Positions 30,129 through 41,003 of a stretch of DNA of 64,000 nucleotides are shown piece after piece. Position numbers and translations under genes: made by a program. How positions within the stretch are numbered: the first letter of the stretch is position 1; each line of letters begins with the position of its first letter. Source of the stretch: an uncultured Verrucomicrobiae bacterium (GTDB lineage Bacteria; Verrucomicrobiota; Verrucomicrobiia; Chthoniobacterales; JAFAMB01); contig CAWEXO010000004.1 in NCBI GenBank assembly GCA_963813025.1, forward strand, positions 1 through 64,000, given 5' to 3'. The notes beneath the pieces are model-generated. The model searched no databases and had not been told where the DNA came from. It worked only from the letters and a program-made list of their open reading frames with translations.

Positions 30129-33100
30129 TCAATTGGTGATCGGTGCCTTCCAGACTACATCCTGCTTACGGGGGCGACAGTGGTTGCTGGCGTTCTGGAT
30201 TGCTATGATTGCCGACGGGCGCAGCGGTTTTTCATGGAGGAGCAGCTCGCAGGCTTGAACGCGGGGGTCGGCGTGAAACCAGCGATGTATGGCGCCGTCG
30301 AAAAGCACATTGGCCAGCGCCAGTAAGGTGATTCCCTGATGGTGCGCCATCCACGATCGGACGATAACTGGCTCAGACTTTCGCTTGGGCGCGTTTTTGG
30401 ACGCTCGATAGTCGCCACCCTCATAGAATCCGTATTCGCCGATCCAGCCCAGGTCAGCGATGTGTTGCAGATTGGCCAGCGCTGCTTCTCGATCGAGAGG
30501 CATTGCTAGAAAGCTGGAATAGGGAGAAATGACTGGGCCGTCGTCAGCGCTCAGGGAAAGAGCCAGAGCCGGAATGCCGAAGGGGTGGTATTGGTAATGT
30601 CCGTCCTTGTCCAGGGTGCTATAAGCCGCCTCCGAGATTCCCCAGGGAATATGGAGCGAACTCACGTGAGCGCGCTGGGCAGCGACCGCGCCGCGCAACG
30701 AGCCATCGAGCATGGTGTCGCGGTAGGTGCGCATCCATAACGCCGGCATTAGGTATTCGAACATAGTGCCGGTCCACGAGCTAAGCACGGGGCTGCCGGT
30801 GGCGAGCGTGTGTGAACGACCCATTGAAAACCAGGTGCTGGGCGGAATATCGCCCTTGGCGATGGCCAAGAACCCTGCCGTACGTGCCTCGGATGCCAGA
30901 AGATCGTAGCAGGCGTCATCTACCTTGTCGTTATTGGCGCGCAACGCAACGCTGAGCAGATTCCGCCCACGATGCAGAAGGCGGCCGAAATCCATAACCT
31001 TGGTCAGTTGTTCAGTGCGCACTGCGATCCGCTGGAGGTTTTCTCTCAGCTTGATGAAGTTCTTACGTGTTTCCGCCAGCCGACTACGGAGCTGCTCCGC
31101 GAGCAGGTGGAGGTCCGAGTCTTGCTCTGCAAGCGGACAAATGCGCTGTAAAGCGGTATTCAATTCATCGATAAACGCAGGTGCGTTACGCGGAGAAAGA
31201 TCGCGGGCAGTTGGAGCCGACAGATTAAGGTCCTCTATACGGCGCAAGGGAGCGAACTCCGGCAGCAACCAGGGGAGGTAGTTGCCGATGAGATGGGCGA
31301 CTGCACTGAAGCGTTGTTGAGTGGCCGCAATCCAATATTCATCCTCAGGAGTGTGCGCCGCGGCCTGCGTAAGAAATGAAGCCGGAGAGCTTTTCCCGTC
31401 ATGCGATCGCGAATCACCACGCAGACTTCGTGCAAAAGCCAGCAGCATCTGGACCCAGTCTTCCCCCTCGAGCGAGGTTGATTGAAAGGTACCGGCGTCC
31501 TTGCCAGTGATGATGCGCAGCTGCTGGAGCAACCGCAGGTGATCAGTCGCACTGCGGAACAGGCGGTTTAGGAGCAACGGCTTGTCGACCAGCTCCAAGC
31601 AGTGCATACGCAGCGTCCATAGGGAGGCGACGAGGTTACCACTATCTACACTTGAGATGAGGCCGGGTACGAAGGCCTCCATGGTGATGATGTTGTACCA
31701 ATTCTTTATGTGTCCGTGGCACTTCTCCATCCGATCGAGCGAATCGAGAGTGCGCTGCGTCAGATCGAGATATTCAACAAGGGTAAGATGACCGGCTTCC
31801 AGTGCCACGTCGCGTGAGTTAAACAGCAACCCAAGATTTGTCGGCGACACCCGCTGAGCAACTTGCCAATTATCTTCTTCGACGTTGTCGGGGATGAGCC
31901 AGTGGTTGGTCTCATTGCAGAAATGAGTGAAGTAGCGCCAAGTGCGCAGCAGAATGTCACGCAAAAACAGTTCATCCTTGGCACTGGTCGGCATTAGCTC
32001 TTCGCGGGGCGGGCGATTGATCCAAAGCGACAGCCGCGGGCTGAAAGCCCAAAGCAGGAGAATGGGAGAGGCGATAAGGAAAGAATGCGGATAGAGCCAG
32101 GCAAGTAGCAGTCCGATAAAGATAGAGACGGCCGGCACTACACTGAGATAGCGATCTACGGCGGTAATTTTGTGGCCGGCTTCGGCTTCGGCTGCGGTCT
32201 CCCATTCCAGCAGGCGTTTGCGTGTGACAAAACTGCGGACCAGCGTGCGGACAATTGCGTCGATCGAAAGCAAGGCCTGCTGCGGGAGGAAAGCCAACGT
32301 GAGCAAGCCTATGGCCTGACTGGAATAGAACCTTTCAAGTCCGTCTACGAGGACGGCACTTCTCGACGCGGCAAATGCGGCTCGAATGAGCGAGAACAGT
32401 AACTGGACATAGCTCGGCAGGAAGAGAAGTACCAACGTGGCCAGCGTCCAGAATACCGGACCGCGCGGCAGGCCAAACCAACCGGCTAGAAAGAGGGCAA
32501 ACGTTGCCGGCTCAACCAGGCTGCGGCGCAGATTGTCGAGTATTTTCCATCGCGAGGCAGTGGAGATCGGGTTAGAGACGAGATGACCCGACTCGTCTGG
32601 TACTCGCCCAAACAGCCACCGTACAATTTGCCAATCGCCGCGCACCCAGCGATGCTTGCGGCGACTGTAGGCGCTGACGTGCGAAGGATAATCATCAATC
32701 ACTTGGACATCGGTCACCAGCCCGGCGCGGGCATAGAAGCCTTCGATCAGGTCGTGGCTGAGCAGGAAATTGCGCGGGAAACGTCGGTCGAGCACCTGAT
32801 GCAATACATCGACTTCGTAGAGACCTTTGCCGGTAAAAATCCCTTCACCGTATAGATCCTGGTAAACATCAGAGACAGCGTTCGAGTAGACATCAAGCCC
32901 GGTCTGCCCGGAATACAAGTTGGCCAACCGTGAGCGGGAGGCAGATTGGACGCTTACGCCCACGCGCGGCTGGAGAATGCCATAACCGGCACGAACGATA
33001 CGGCGAACAGGGTCAATGATGGCGCGATTCAGAGGGTGACAAATTGTGCCGACCAACTGCGCAGCGACGCCGGGCGGTAATTGAGTATCCGAATCGAGTG

Positions 33101-34799
33101 TCAGGACGTACTTTACTTTTGGCAGTATCGATAGATCGCCTACTCGGACGGGAAAACTATCATTGTGGCCTCGCAGCAGCTTGTCTAGATCAAGCAGCTT
33201 GCCGCGTTTGCGCTCCCAGCCCATCCACACTCCTTGCTTCGGATTGAAAATGCGATGCCGGTGCAGCAAAAGAAATGATCCGGAATCCGGGTACTTACGA
33301 TTCAGATCGAGAATGAGCTGTGCAGCAAGCTCGACCAGGGGATGCGCATCGGGCTCGCGCGGCTCTTCAACCGAATCAGGCAGATCGGTCAAAAGCGCAA
33401 AGTGGAGATTGTTGTCACGATTCCCCAGGTAGCGGACCTCGATATCGTTGACCAGCTTCCGCGTCTGCTTTTCGTTGAGCAGCAGTGCCGGAACCGCAAC
33501 AAGAGTTGTGGCCCCAAGAGGTAGGCCGTCGCTGTAGTCGAGCTTCGGCAGCGGCACCGCGTTAAAGAGCGCGGTCACGAGATGGTTAACGAGCTCGACA
33601 GCGCCTTGCGAAGCCGGGATCAGAGTGAACAGAAACGCCAGCCCAAGCCCGAGCACCGGATAGTCATCGGCCAAGCCCGGGACCAGGATGATCCCGATGA
33701 AAACGATCGAGACCACTAAAATGGCGCCGATGAAGAAGCCGTCGGCGTGCCCTTTTACGAGACCGCGAATCCAATCGATCCACGAGGGATAGTATCCAAC
33801 GCGAGCGAACAGTGCTTCGCGGCCCTCGGCGATCAAGTAATAGCCGACATGCGCTCGGCGCGCGTGAGTGCGGTCCTGGGTGATTGGTTCGGCTTTTGCC
33901 TTTGTGGCGAGATCCGCTGCTGTTGCTGCAATATCGGCCTCGGAGAGTTCGGAACGCTGGGCAATTTCGGCGACTGCGCGACGATACTCTTCACGACTGG
34001 CATAGTCCATCCGGCGATAGACAGCGTCCTTGCGGAGGATCTGGTCGATTACAATCAGAGGCTCGAGCAGGTCGCGCCAGCCGGTAATCGAGAGAGCCTG
34101 CAGGCTGCGCATCAGGCAAGGGATGCGCACAATCTGTTCATCAGTGGCCTTGCCTTGAATCAGCGCGTTAGCCGCTGGCACAAGCTTTTCGAGAATGGCT
34201 TGCTTTAAAGCCGGCGGAAACACGAACAGCTCCCGCAATGCGAGCGGTTGCAGCTTCTGGAATTCTTCGATGTAGGCGGTGAATCCGGGTTCCGACCACT
34301 GGTCATGGAGTGCTCCGAGCAAGTTACGGGAGAGAGCTACGACACGGGGATGCTCCCGAGCGCCAGTGCGCACGCAGGGGACGCGATTCAATTCTCGTTC
34401 TGAGCCGGTTATTTCCAGCATGGCTCCACGTAAAAGGCCAGGATTTTCCTTTAACCAAAGCCCGGCGATGGTTAATTTATCCGCTTGGCTATTTTCCTTG
34501 GCCGGCTGGCCTGCAGCCCCCTGTTCCAGATCGCTCAATAGCTGAACTATCATCGCTTGCGTTCTGGCCCACTCTGACTTCCAGGACTCTGGATTTTGTG
34601 GTTGGCGAAGCGCCTGACAGGTGTTCGCGGCCTTGGAGGCTTTCTGCCGCACATCGATTTCATTAATCTGAAGCTGCGCTTCAGATTTCTTTTCGGCTCG
34701 CGCGGCGGCCGGACGCCCAACATCGAATGTAGAGTTAATCATTGCGTTTGATCGTGACGGAGCGGCCGTCTTATCGATAACTTGCCGCCTGCATTTCAA
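30129..34799 (-). CDS. Cyclic beta-1,2-glucan synthase-like protein (GT84 plus glucoamylase-like domain, no C-terminal GH94)
   Basis: WERKRGK, LDSDTQLP, SHDLIEG, RWVRGDWQ, SPTNLG, PWGISE and WMAHHQG motifs of Cgs/NdvB; ends at 1556 aa. Confidence 0.85.
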   Translation of the reverse strand: MKCRRQVIDKTAAPSRSNAMINSTFDVGRPAAARAEKKSEAQLQINEIDVRQKASKAANTCQALRQPQNPESWKSEWARTQAMIVQLLSDLEQGAAGQPAKENSQADKLTIAGLWLKENPGLLRGAMLEITGSERELNRVPCVRTGAREHPRVVALSRNLLGALHDQWSEPGFTAYIEEFQKLQPLALRELFVFPPALKQAILEKLVPAANALIQGKATDEQIVRIPCLMRSLQALSITGWRDLLEPLIVIDQILRKDAVYRRMDYASREEYRRAVAEIAQRSELSEADIAATAADLATKAKAEPITQDRTHARRAHVGYYLIAEGREALFARVGYYPSWIDWIRGLVKGHADGFFIGAILVVSIVFIGIILVPGLADDYPVLGLGLAFLFTLIPASQGAVELVNHLVTALFNAVPLPKLDYSDGLPLGATTLVAVPALLLNEKQTRKLVNDIEVRYLGNRDNNLHFALLTDLPDSVEEPREPDAHPLVELAAQLILDLNRKYPDSGSFLLLHRHRIFNPKQGVWMGWERKRGKLLDLDKLLRGHNDSFPVRVGDLSILPKVKYVLTLDSDTQLPPGVAAQLVGTICHPLNRAIIDPVRRIVRAGYGILQPRVGVSVQSASRSRLANLYSGQTGLDVYSNAVSDVYQDLYGEGIFTGKGLYEVDVLHQVLDRRFPRNFLLSHDLIEGFYARAGLVTDVQVIDDYPSHVSAYSRRKHRWVRGDWQIVRWLFGRVPDESGHLVSNPISTASRWKILDNLRRSLVEPATFALFLAGWFGLPRGPVFWTLATLVLLFLPSYVQLLFSLIRAAFAASRSAVLVDGLERFYSSQAIGLLTLAFLPQQALLSIDAIVRTLVRSFVTRKRLLEWETAAEAEAGHKITAVDRYLSVVPAVSIFIGLLLAWLYPHSFLIASPILLLWAFSPRLSLWINRPPREELMPTSAKDELFLRDILLRTWRYFTHFCNETNHWLIPDNVEEDNWQVAQRVSPTNLGLLFNSRDVALEAGHLTLVEYLDLTQRTLDSLDRMEKCHGHIKNWYNIITMEAFVPGLISSVDSGNLVASLWTLRMHCLELVDKPLLLNRLFRSATDHLRLLQQLRIITGKDAGTFQSTSLEGEDWVQMLLAFARSLRGDSRSHDGKSSPASFLTQAAAHTPEDEYWIAATQQRFSAVAHLIGNYLPWLLPEFAPLRRIEDLNLSAPTARDLSPRNAPAFIDELNTALQRICPLAEQDSDLHLLAEQLRSRLAETRKNFIKLRENLQRIAVRTEQLTKVMDFGRLLHRGRNLLSVALRANNDKVDDACYDLLASEARTAGFLAIAKGDIPPSTWFSMGRSHTLATGSPVLSSWTGTMFEYLMPALWMRTYRDTMLDGSLRGAVAAQRAHVSSLHIPWGISEAAYSTLDKDGHYQYHPFGIPALALSLSADDGPVISPYSSFLAMPLDREAALANLQHIADLGWIGEYGFYEGGDYRASKNAPKRKSEPVIVRSWMAHHQGITLLALANVLFDGAIHRWFHADPRVQACELLLHEKPLRPSAIIAIQNASNHCRPRKQDVVWKAPITN

Positions 34800-36606
34800 A
34801 CATGGTGGCGTATCGTCCGCCGCTAGCTAGGAGTTGCGCATGTGTTCCTTCTTCCACGAGTTTTCCACCTTCGAGTACGACTATTCGATCCGCCATGCGC
34901 ACTGTTGAAAAACGATGTGAGATCAGAAGCGCCATCTTACCAGCGGTGAGTTCTGCAAAACGCTCGAAGACTTGAAGTTCGCTTTTGGCATCGAGTGCTG
35001 CTGTGGGCTCATCCAGAATCAGAAGCTGCGCGTCCCGGAGATAGGCTCGCGCCAGCGCCAGGCGTTGCCATTCGCCCGCAGAGAGATCGACGCCGCCTTC
35101 AAACCGTCGGCCCAACATCTGGTCGTAGCGTTCCGGAAGCTTCCGAATCACCTGCGAGGCCTGGCTTTTTCGGGCAGCTTCCTCGATGGATGCAAACCGG
35201 ATGGACTCAAGGGATGCGTTGCCGTCCACACGTCCGACGACAATGTTTTCTCGCGCTGTCATCTCGTACCGCATGAAGTCCTGAAATATCACGCCAATTT
35301 CGTGATGCAGATCCTCGATGGAATAATCGCGCAAATCGACACCGTCGAGCAGGATTTGACCCTCGGTGACATCGTAGAGGCGGGTAATGAGCTTGACGAC
35401 CGTGGTCTTTCCCTCCCCATTCTCTCCGATCAGCGCAATCCGCTCACCCGGCGCGAAGACAAAGTTGAAATTCCTTAGTATATAGCGATCGGTTCCTGGA
35501 TAGGTAAATGAGACATTGCGAAACTCAAAGCCTGCCCGAATCGGACGAGGTGCCGGAAGTGCGTCCGGCTTGGATCGCAACGTCGGCTTCATTTCGAAAA
35601 AGGCGATCAAATCGGTCAGAAACAATGCCTGGTCGGCGATGCCTGAAGCGGTGGAGAATGCCTGCTGCAAATTCGAACTGGCTTGCTGAATTGCCGTGGT
35701 CAAAAGGGTGAAGATGCCGATGTTATAGTCACCATGCAACGCCCGCCAGATCACGAAGGCGTATGAGCCGTAGTAACCCAAAGTGCCCACCAGGGCGAGC
35801 GAGCCTCCCCAAAAGAGCTTGCGCCGGGAAAGCGCGACATTTTCTTCACAAATCCTTTGGGAGATCTCACGGAAGCGTCCTGTCAGGAAGCCGCTCAGAC
35901 CAAACACCTTGAGTTCTTTCGCTCCTTCGCGGCTGCCAGCAACCTGCCGCAGGTAGTCCATCTGTCGCTTGGATGGTGTCTGACGGAAATTCTTGGCATA
36001 GCCAAGGAAGGCATAATGGGTTTCGCCGAGAAAGGATGGAAGGACGCCCGCTGCCATCAGCAGTAAGAGCCACGGCGAGGATCGCAGTAGCAAGCCAGTA
36101 AAGGCCAGAGTAGTGACCGATTGCTGCAACAGGCGGCCCATCTGCTGGATCATCGCCAGCCTGTCGGTGGCTTGCACGCGGGCGCGCTCCAGGCGGTCAT
36201 AAAAAATGGGGTCCTCGTAGGTAGTCAGATCGAGCTTCGAGGCCTGATCCATGACCCGGATGCTGACATAGTGCGTGTAGCGATCCGCAAGCACGGAATC
36301 GAGATAGTCGATGATGCGCAGTAAGGCTGCCATGGTCACAGCTAGAACCACTTCCAGCGCTACCATCCACCAGAAATGCGGGCGGAGTTCCTGACCCATA
36401 ATGCGACCTTGCACGCCGTTGACGATCCAGGCAGCAACCGCGGCGATTCCCAGGGGCGCAAAAGCCACGATGATGCGAAGAAGAATGCCCCAGGTAACGA
36501 CTGAGGGACCGGAGTCCCACAAGATTCGTAGGAGGGGAGGAAGATTGCGCAAGGCGCGCACGCGATCTCCCCATGCACTGCTGACTTTTTGTTTGGCTTC
36601 AGGCAT
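34771..36606 (-). CDS. ABC exporter, fused TM and ATP-binding domains
   Basis: GENGEGKT, LSAGEWQR, ILDEPT, ISHR. Confidence 0.9.
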   Translation of the reverse strand: MPEAKQKVSSAWGDRVRALRNLPPLLRILWDSGPSVVTWGILLRIIVAFAPLGIAAVAAWIVNGVQGRIMGQELRPHFWWMVALEVVLAVTMAALLRIIDYLDSVLADRYTHYVSIRVMDQASKLDLTTYEDPIFYDRLERARVQATDRLAMIQQMGRLLQQSVTTLAFTGLLLRSSPWLLLLMAAGVLPSFLGETHYAFLGYAKNFRQTPSKRQMDYLRQVAGSREGAKELKVFGLSGFLTGRFREISQRICEENVALSRRKLFWGGSLALVGTLGYYGSYAFVIWRALHGDYNIGIFTLLTTAIQQASSNLQQAFSTASGIADQALFLTDLIAFFEMKPTLRSKPDALPAPRPIRAGFEFRNVSFTYPGTDRYILRNFNFVFAPGERIALIGENGEGKTTVVKLITRLYDVTEGQILLDGVDLRDYSIEDLHHEIGVIFQDFMRYEMTARENIVVGRVDGNASLESIRFASIEEAARKSQASQVIRKLPERYDQMLGRRFEGGVDLSAGEWQRLALARAYLRDAQLLILDEPTAALDAKSELQVFERFAELTAGKMALLISHRFSTVRMADRIVVLEGGKLVEEGTHAQLLASGGRYATMFEMQAASYR

Positions 36607-37364
36607 TAAAATCTATGATGCTGTACGCTCGGCCAGGGCCGCGCCCGATTGGTTTCAGATCACCTGCGCCTCTTCCATCCATGCGCAGCGGTAGATGACA
36701 GGATATTCGAGATTAGGCCGGATCCGACGGCGGCCGGAGCGCGCCTTTTACAAGGTCGATGGCGCGCAGCATCTCTGCGAGGATCTCGGCGATGCTCGCT
36801 CTTTTGACAATGTGTGTTTGAGCCAAGCTGCGGATGCGAGCATTGGACGAAAGGTGGACTAGGCTGTTTGTTTCTAAGCTGACCCGATTGTTGCCTCAAG
36901 TTGCTGAGGCGACACCGGCTTTACCAGATGGACCCGGAACTCGGTGGCATGGCTGCGTCCGACAGCTTCCTGCAGCCTGACCGAAAAATTACGGGACTTA
37001 AACGCGGCAAGCGCATTCAACACAATGTCCATCGTATCGGCGTCGCAGGGGAAATCTAGTGGAAATCCTAGTAAAAGGTGCCTGATACCTCGATCAGGGA
37101 TCCACCCGATCTCATTTGATGATGACGCCCTATTAACACAGCCCCGAATCAGGCTGCAAAATTGATGTGAGGAGCGCCTGCCTGAACTATTCCTCGCTAG
37201 TGCTCAGAGACGGCATCGACCGAATTATTCTCAAGGATTTCTCTTCTTTGTGATCTTTGCGCGCTTCTGTTAGATCTCTTCGGTGTTCTCGATTCCTGCC
37301 GTGATCTTCGTATCCTTCTGTGCAAGGTCCGTTTTGATGTTGCCTGCGGGCCCAGACGCGCGAC

Positions 37365-37420
37365 GCGCAACTCGGGACACACAACACGCAACGCGCAACG
37401 CGGGACACGCAACTCGCGAC
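37365..37420. repeat. Degenerate heptamer tandem repeat upstream of hddA
   Basis: GCGCAAC TCGGGAC ACACAAC ACGCAAC GCGCAAC GCGGGAC ACGCAAC TCGCGAC. Confidence 0.75.
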
Positions 37421-37424
37421 TAGT

Positions 37425-38408
37425 ATGATCATCACCCGTTCCCCGTTACGGATTTCTCTCGGAGGCGGAGGTACTGACCTGCCTTCCTACTACGAAGAGT
37501 ACTCCGGATTTTTGATTGCCGCCGCGATCGACAAGTACGTCTACATCACGCTGCATCGTACGTTCGTCCAGGAACTGATTATCAAGTACTCGAAGATGGA
37601 ACGGGTCAAAACAGTGGAGGAAGTCGAACACCCAATCATCCGCGAAGCGCTCAAGGTGGTTGGCGTTTCCGCGCCTTTTCTGGAGGTTTCCTCTTTGGCC
37701 GATATCCCAGCCGGGACCGGGCTCGGTTCTTCCGGAAGTTTTACCACGGCGCTGCTGAAAGCGCTGCACGCTTGGAAAATGAACCTGGTTCATCCGGCCG
37801 CGCTCGCTGAACAGGCCTGCGATATTGAGATCAATCGGTTAGGCGAACCAGTTGGAAAACAGGACCAGTACATTGCGGCTTATGGCGGGATTACGTGCTT
37901 TACGTTTATGCCGGATGGACGCGTTGACGCCTGGCCGCTCAAGATAGACCAGGAAACGCTTTACAATTTAGAGGACAATCTGCTCCTTTTTTTTACCGGC
38001 TACTCACGGGCTGCTGCCACCATCCTGAAAGAGCAGAAACAAAAGTCCTTAGCCTCGGAAAAGGCGATGATTGAAAACCTGCATTTCGTCAAGGATCTGG
38101 GGAAACAGAGCCAGCGAGCGCTCGAGGCCGGTAACTTGGAAGAGTTTGCCCGGTTGATGGATGTGCATTGGCAGCGCAAGAAAGAGCGTTCCAATGACAT
38201 GTCCAATCAGCAGATTAACGAATGGTACGACCACGCGATGGCCAGCGGAGCGCTCGGGGGAAAGCTGATCGGTGCCGGGGGAGGTGGATTTCTCATGTTT
38301 TATGCTGCGGACAAAACAAAGCTCCGGCGCGCGATGCGCGAAAAAGGTCTGACTGAGGTCCGTTTTCGTTTCGATTTCGAGGGTACCAAGGTCGTGATTC
38401 AATCCTGA
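37425..38408 (+). CDS. hddA: GHMP kinase, D-glycero-alpha-D-manno-heptose-7-phosphate kinase-like
   Basis: PLRISLGGGGTD, PAGTGLGSS, GKQDQY, GAGGGG. Confidence 0.8.
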   Translation: MIITRSPLRISLGGGGTDLPSYYEEYSGFLIAAAIDKYVYITLHRTFVQELIIKYSKMERVKTVEEVEHPIIREALKVVGVSAPFLEVSSLADIPAGTGLGSSGSFTTALLKALHAWKMNLVHPAALAEQACDIEINRLGEPVGKQDQYIAAYGGITCFTFMPDGRVDAWPLKIDQETLYNLEDNLLLFFTGYSRAAATILKEQKQKSLASEKAMIENLHFVKDLGKQSQRALEAGNLEEFARLMDVHWQRKKERSNDMSNQQINEWYDHAMASGALGGKLIGAGGGGFLMFYAADKTKLRRAMREKGLTEVRFRFDFEGTKVVIQS

Positions 38409-38466
38409 TTTTTCCCGAAACCGCGAGAGCTAGAGATCGTCTCAGAATGCCCCACTGTCCTGTGGC

Positions 38467-38569
38467 GGTAGGGCGAAAATTTATTCGAGCCTTAGCGAGA
38501 ACTTGTTTGAGCCGGACGCTTGGGTGAGCCACCCCTCCAGATGGCTCAAACACAAGTTTTCGCCCTACC
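38467..38569. repeat. Family A repeat
   Basis: Both terminal arms; outer arm extends to about 38667. Confidence 0.9.
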
Positions 38570-38758
38570 GGCGCACGGCCAAAGACGCCTTGGGACATCC
38601 CTCGAACCCTCCCTTCCGAACCATGGCTCGATTGCGCGCTACAGATTGCCCAAGGTCCGATAGACCCGAGAACGCCCGTGACTCCGCATGCTGCCGGTCA
38701 GCCCTGGCGCCGAGGCGGCTTGCAACATGGGAGACTGTATGGGAGGTGCTCTCTTGGA

Positions 38759-39499
38759 ATGATTGAACCGGAGCCGCTGCCAGAGCCAGAGTCGCTGACA
38801 GCGGTCATTCTCGCCGGGGGATACGCTACCCGATTGCGTCCGAAAACCGAAAAAGTCCCGAAAGCTCTCATTGAGGTTGCCGGAAAGCCGTTTCTTGAAC
38901 ATCAGCTTGAGATGCTCCGGCGACAGGGCATCCGGCGCGTTGTCCTCTGTGTCGGTTATCTAGGCGAGATGATTCAGGATAAATATGGTTCAGGAGCCGC
39001 GATCGGGGTGGACCTGCTGTACTCCTATGATGGGGACCAGTTGCTCGGAACTGGCGGAGCGATTAAAAAAGCGATCCCTCTTTTGCCGGAGAGCTTTTTT
39101 GTGCTTTACGGCGACTCTTATCTGCCGATCGATTATCAAGCGGTCGCTAACGCGTTTTACGTTTCGGAAAAGTCCGCTCTCATGACTGTTTTCCAGAACC
39201 GCGACAGCTGGGAAGCAAGTAATGTCTGGTTCGCCGATTCCCGCGTGCGTCTTTACAGCAAGGAACGGCGGATGCCCCAAATGCAATACATCGATTATGG
39301 ATTAAGTGTTTGCCGTCGGGAAATTTTCGAGGACTACCCGTCCTCAAGTGCTTTCGATCTCGCCTCGATCCTGGAGTCACTGTCGGAACAGGGCGAGCTT
39401 GCCGGACATGAAGTTTTTCACCGGTTCTATGAAATCGGCTCTCTCTCTGGATTAGCCGAGCTCGACGAGCTTCTCCGCGATCGCAGGATCTCCACCTGA
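38759..39499 (+). CDS. hddC: Sugar-1-phosphate nucleotidyltransferase (HddC-like)
   Basis: ILAGGYATRL, PKALI, LLGTGGA, YGDS. Confidence 0.75.
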   Translation: MIEPEPLPEPESLTAVILAGGYATRLRPKTEKVPKALIEVAGKPFLEHQLEMLRRQGIRRVVLCVGYLGEMIQDKYGSGAAIGVDLLYSYDGDQLLGTGGAIKKAIPLLPESFFVLYGDSYLPIDYQAVANAFYVSEKSALMTVFQNRDSWEASNVWFADSRVRLYSKERRMPQMQYIDYGLSVCRREIFEDYPSSSAFDLASILESLSEQGELAGHEVFHRFYEIGSLSGLAELDELLRDRRIST

Positions 39500-39525
39500 T
39501 CCAACTTTCGGCCGCAAATCCTGAA

Positions 39526-40179
39526 ATGTCCTATTCCGCTCAACATTTGGCCGAGGCCGGCGACATCATCGTCCGGCTCGATCCGGCCACTCTCGAAAAG
39601 ATGGTCGAGCACCTTTTACGGATCCGGGACCAGGGTGGGCGCCTCTTCTTTCTCGGTGTCGGAGGGAGTGCGGCGAATGCATCGCACGCCGTTAATGATT
39701 TCCGCAAGATCGCTGGCTTTGAAGCCTATGCTCCGACTGACAATGTCTCGGAGCTGACCGCGCGGACAAATGACGAAGGATGGCAGTCCGTGTTTGTCGA
39801 ATGGCTCCGAGGCAGTCGCTTAAGAAGAGAAGATGGCCTGTTCGTCTTTTCCGTTGGCGGCGGCAGCCTGGAAAAGAACGTTAGCCCCAATCTGGTCTCC
39901 GCCCTGGAGTTTGCTAAGGAAGTCGGTGCTACCGTTTTCGGCATTGTCGGCCGGGACGGTGGCTACACCGCGAAAGTCGCCGATGTTTGTTGCATTGTTC
40001 CGACGGTGAATCCCCAAAATGTCACGCCTCACGCGGAGGCGTTTCAGGCGGTGATCTGGCATTTGCTGGTCTCTCATCCGAAACTCAAGCTGCAACAAAC
40101 CAAATGGGAAAGGGCGGAAAGCGGAGGGAGCTGTGGGAGCGCGGAAAGCGGCGGGAGCGGCCTCAGCGGAGGGAGGTAG
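39526..40179 (+). CDS. gmhA: SIS-domain phosphoheptose isomerase
   Basis: GVGGSAANASHAVNDF, LTARTND. Confidence 0.8.
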   Translation: MSYSAQHLAEAGDIIVRLDPATLEKMVEHLLRIRDQGGRLFFLGVGGSAANASHAVNDFRKIAGFEAYAPTDNVSELTARTNDEGWQSVFVEWLRGSRLRREDGLFVFSVGGGSLEKNVSPNLVSALEFAKEVGATVFGIVGRDGGYTAKVADVCCIVPTVNPQNVTPHAEAFQAVIWHLLVSHPKLKLQQTKWERAESGGSCGSAESGGSGLSGGR

Positions 40180-40397
40180 CTGGAGAGTGCGCAGCTGATA
40201 GGATGCAGAAAGCAAAGATGCGCGAACCTCCTCAATCACCTGCGAACGAGAGAGATATGATCAGCGAGGCCGCGCCTCAGCATGACGAGATTTACAGGAA
40301 AAAGGCGCGTTGGAGATATGGCCTAACACTTGGTCAGCGGCCCTCGCTGTACAGAGTCCTTGAAAGGCGAAGAATAGAATAAGGGGAAAAGATCCGC

Positions 40398-41003
40398 GTG
40401 AAGAAACGTGATTCATCTACGCCGAACTTCAGTGTCAAGGACTCTAGATCGAGAACTGAGCGGAGAGCGGTTTTCCTGGATCGCGATGGCGTGATCAACC
40501 GACCGATCGTGCGCGAAGGAAAGCCATATCCTCCTACGACGGTGGAGCAGTTTGAGATCTTGCCAGGGGTGCCGGAAGGCTGCCAGAGATTGCACGATGC
40601 AGGCTTTTTGTTGATCGTTGCGACCAACCAGCCGGATGTTGGACGAGGCAACTTGGAGCGTTCAAGGGTGGAGGAGATCCATGCGGCGATGCTCAAGTCG
40701 GTACCGATCGATCAGGTGCTCGTATGCTATCACGCAGGCGAAGCTTTCGGGGAGAGCTGCAATTGTCGCAAACCGAAACCCGGTATGCTCTTGAGCGCGG
40801 CCAAAGCATTTGGGATTGACCTCGCGCAATCTTTCATGATTGGTGATCGATGGCGCGATATGGAGTGCGGACGTCGCGCCGGCTGCCGAACCATTTTCGT
40901 AGACTGGGATTATCGGGAGGTCTGCGCTGAGGAGCCGAATTATCGAGTGTCAAATCTGATGGAAGCGGCAGAGATCGTCGTTTCGAACTCGGCCCAACAG
41001 TGA
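40398..41003 (+). CDS. gmhB: Heptose-1,7-bisphosphate phosphatase (HAD IIIA)
   Basis: FLDRDGVIN, TNQ, CNCRKPKPGM, MIGDRWRD. Confidence 0.85.
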   Translation: MKKRDSSTPNFSVKDSRSRTERRAVFLDRDGVINRPIVREGKPYPPTTVEQFEILPGVPEGCQRLHDAGFLLIVATNQPDVGRGNLERSRVEEIHAAMLKSVPIDQVLVCYHAGEAFGESCNCRKPKPGMLLSAAKAFGIDLAQSFMIGDRWRDMECGRRAGCRTIFVDWDYREVCAEEPNYRVSNLMEAAEIVVSNSAQQ

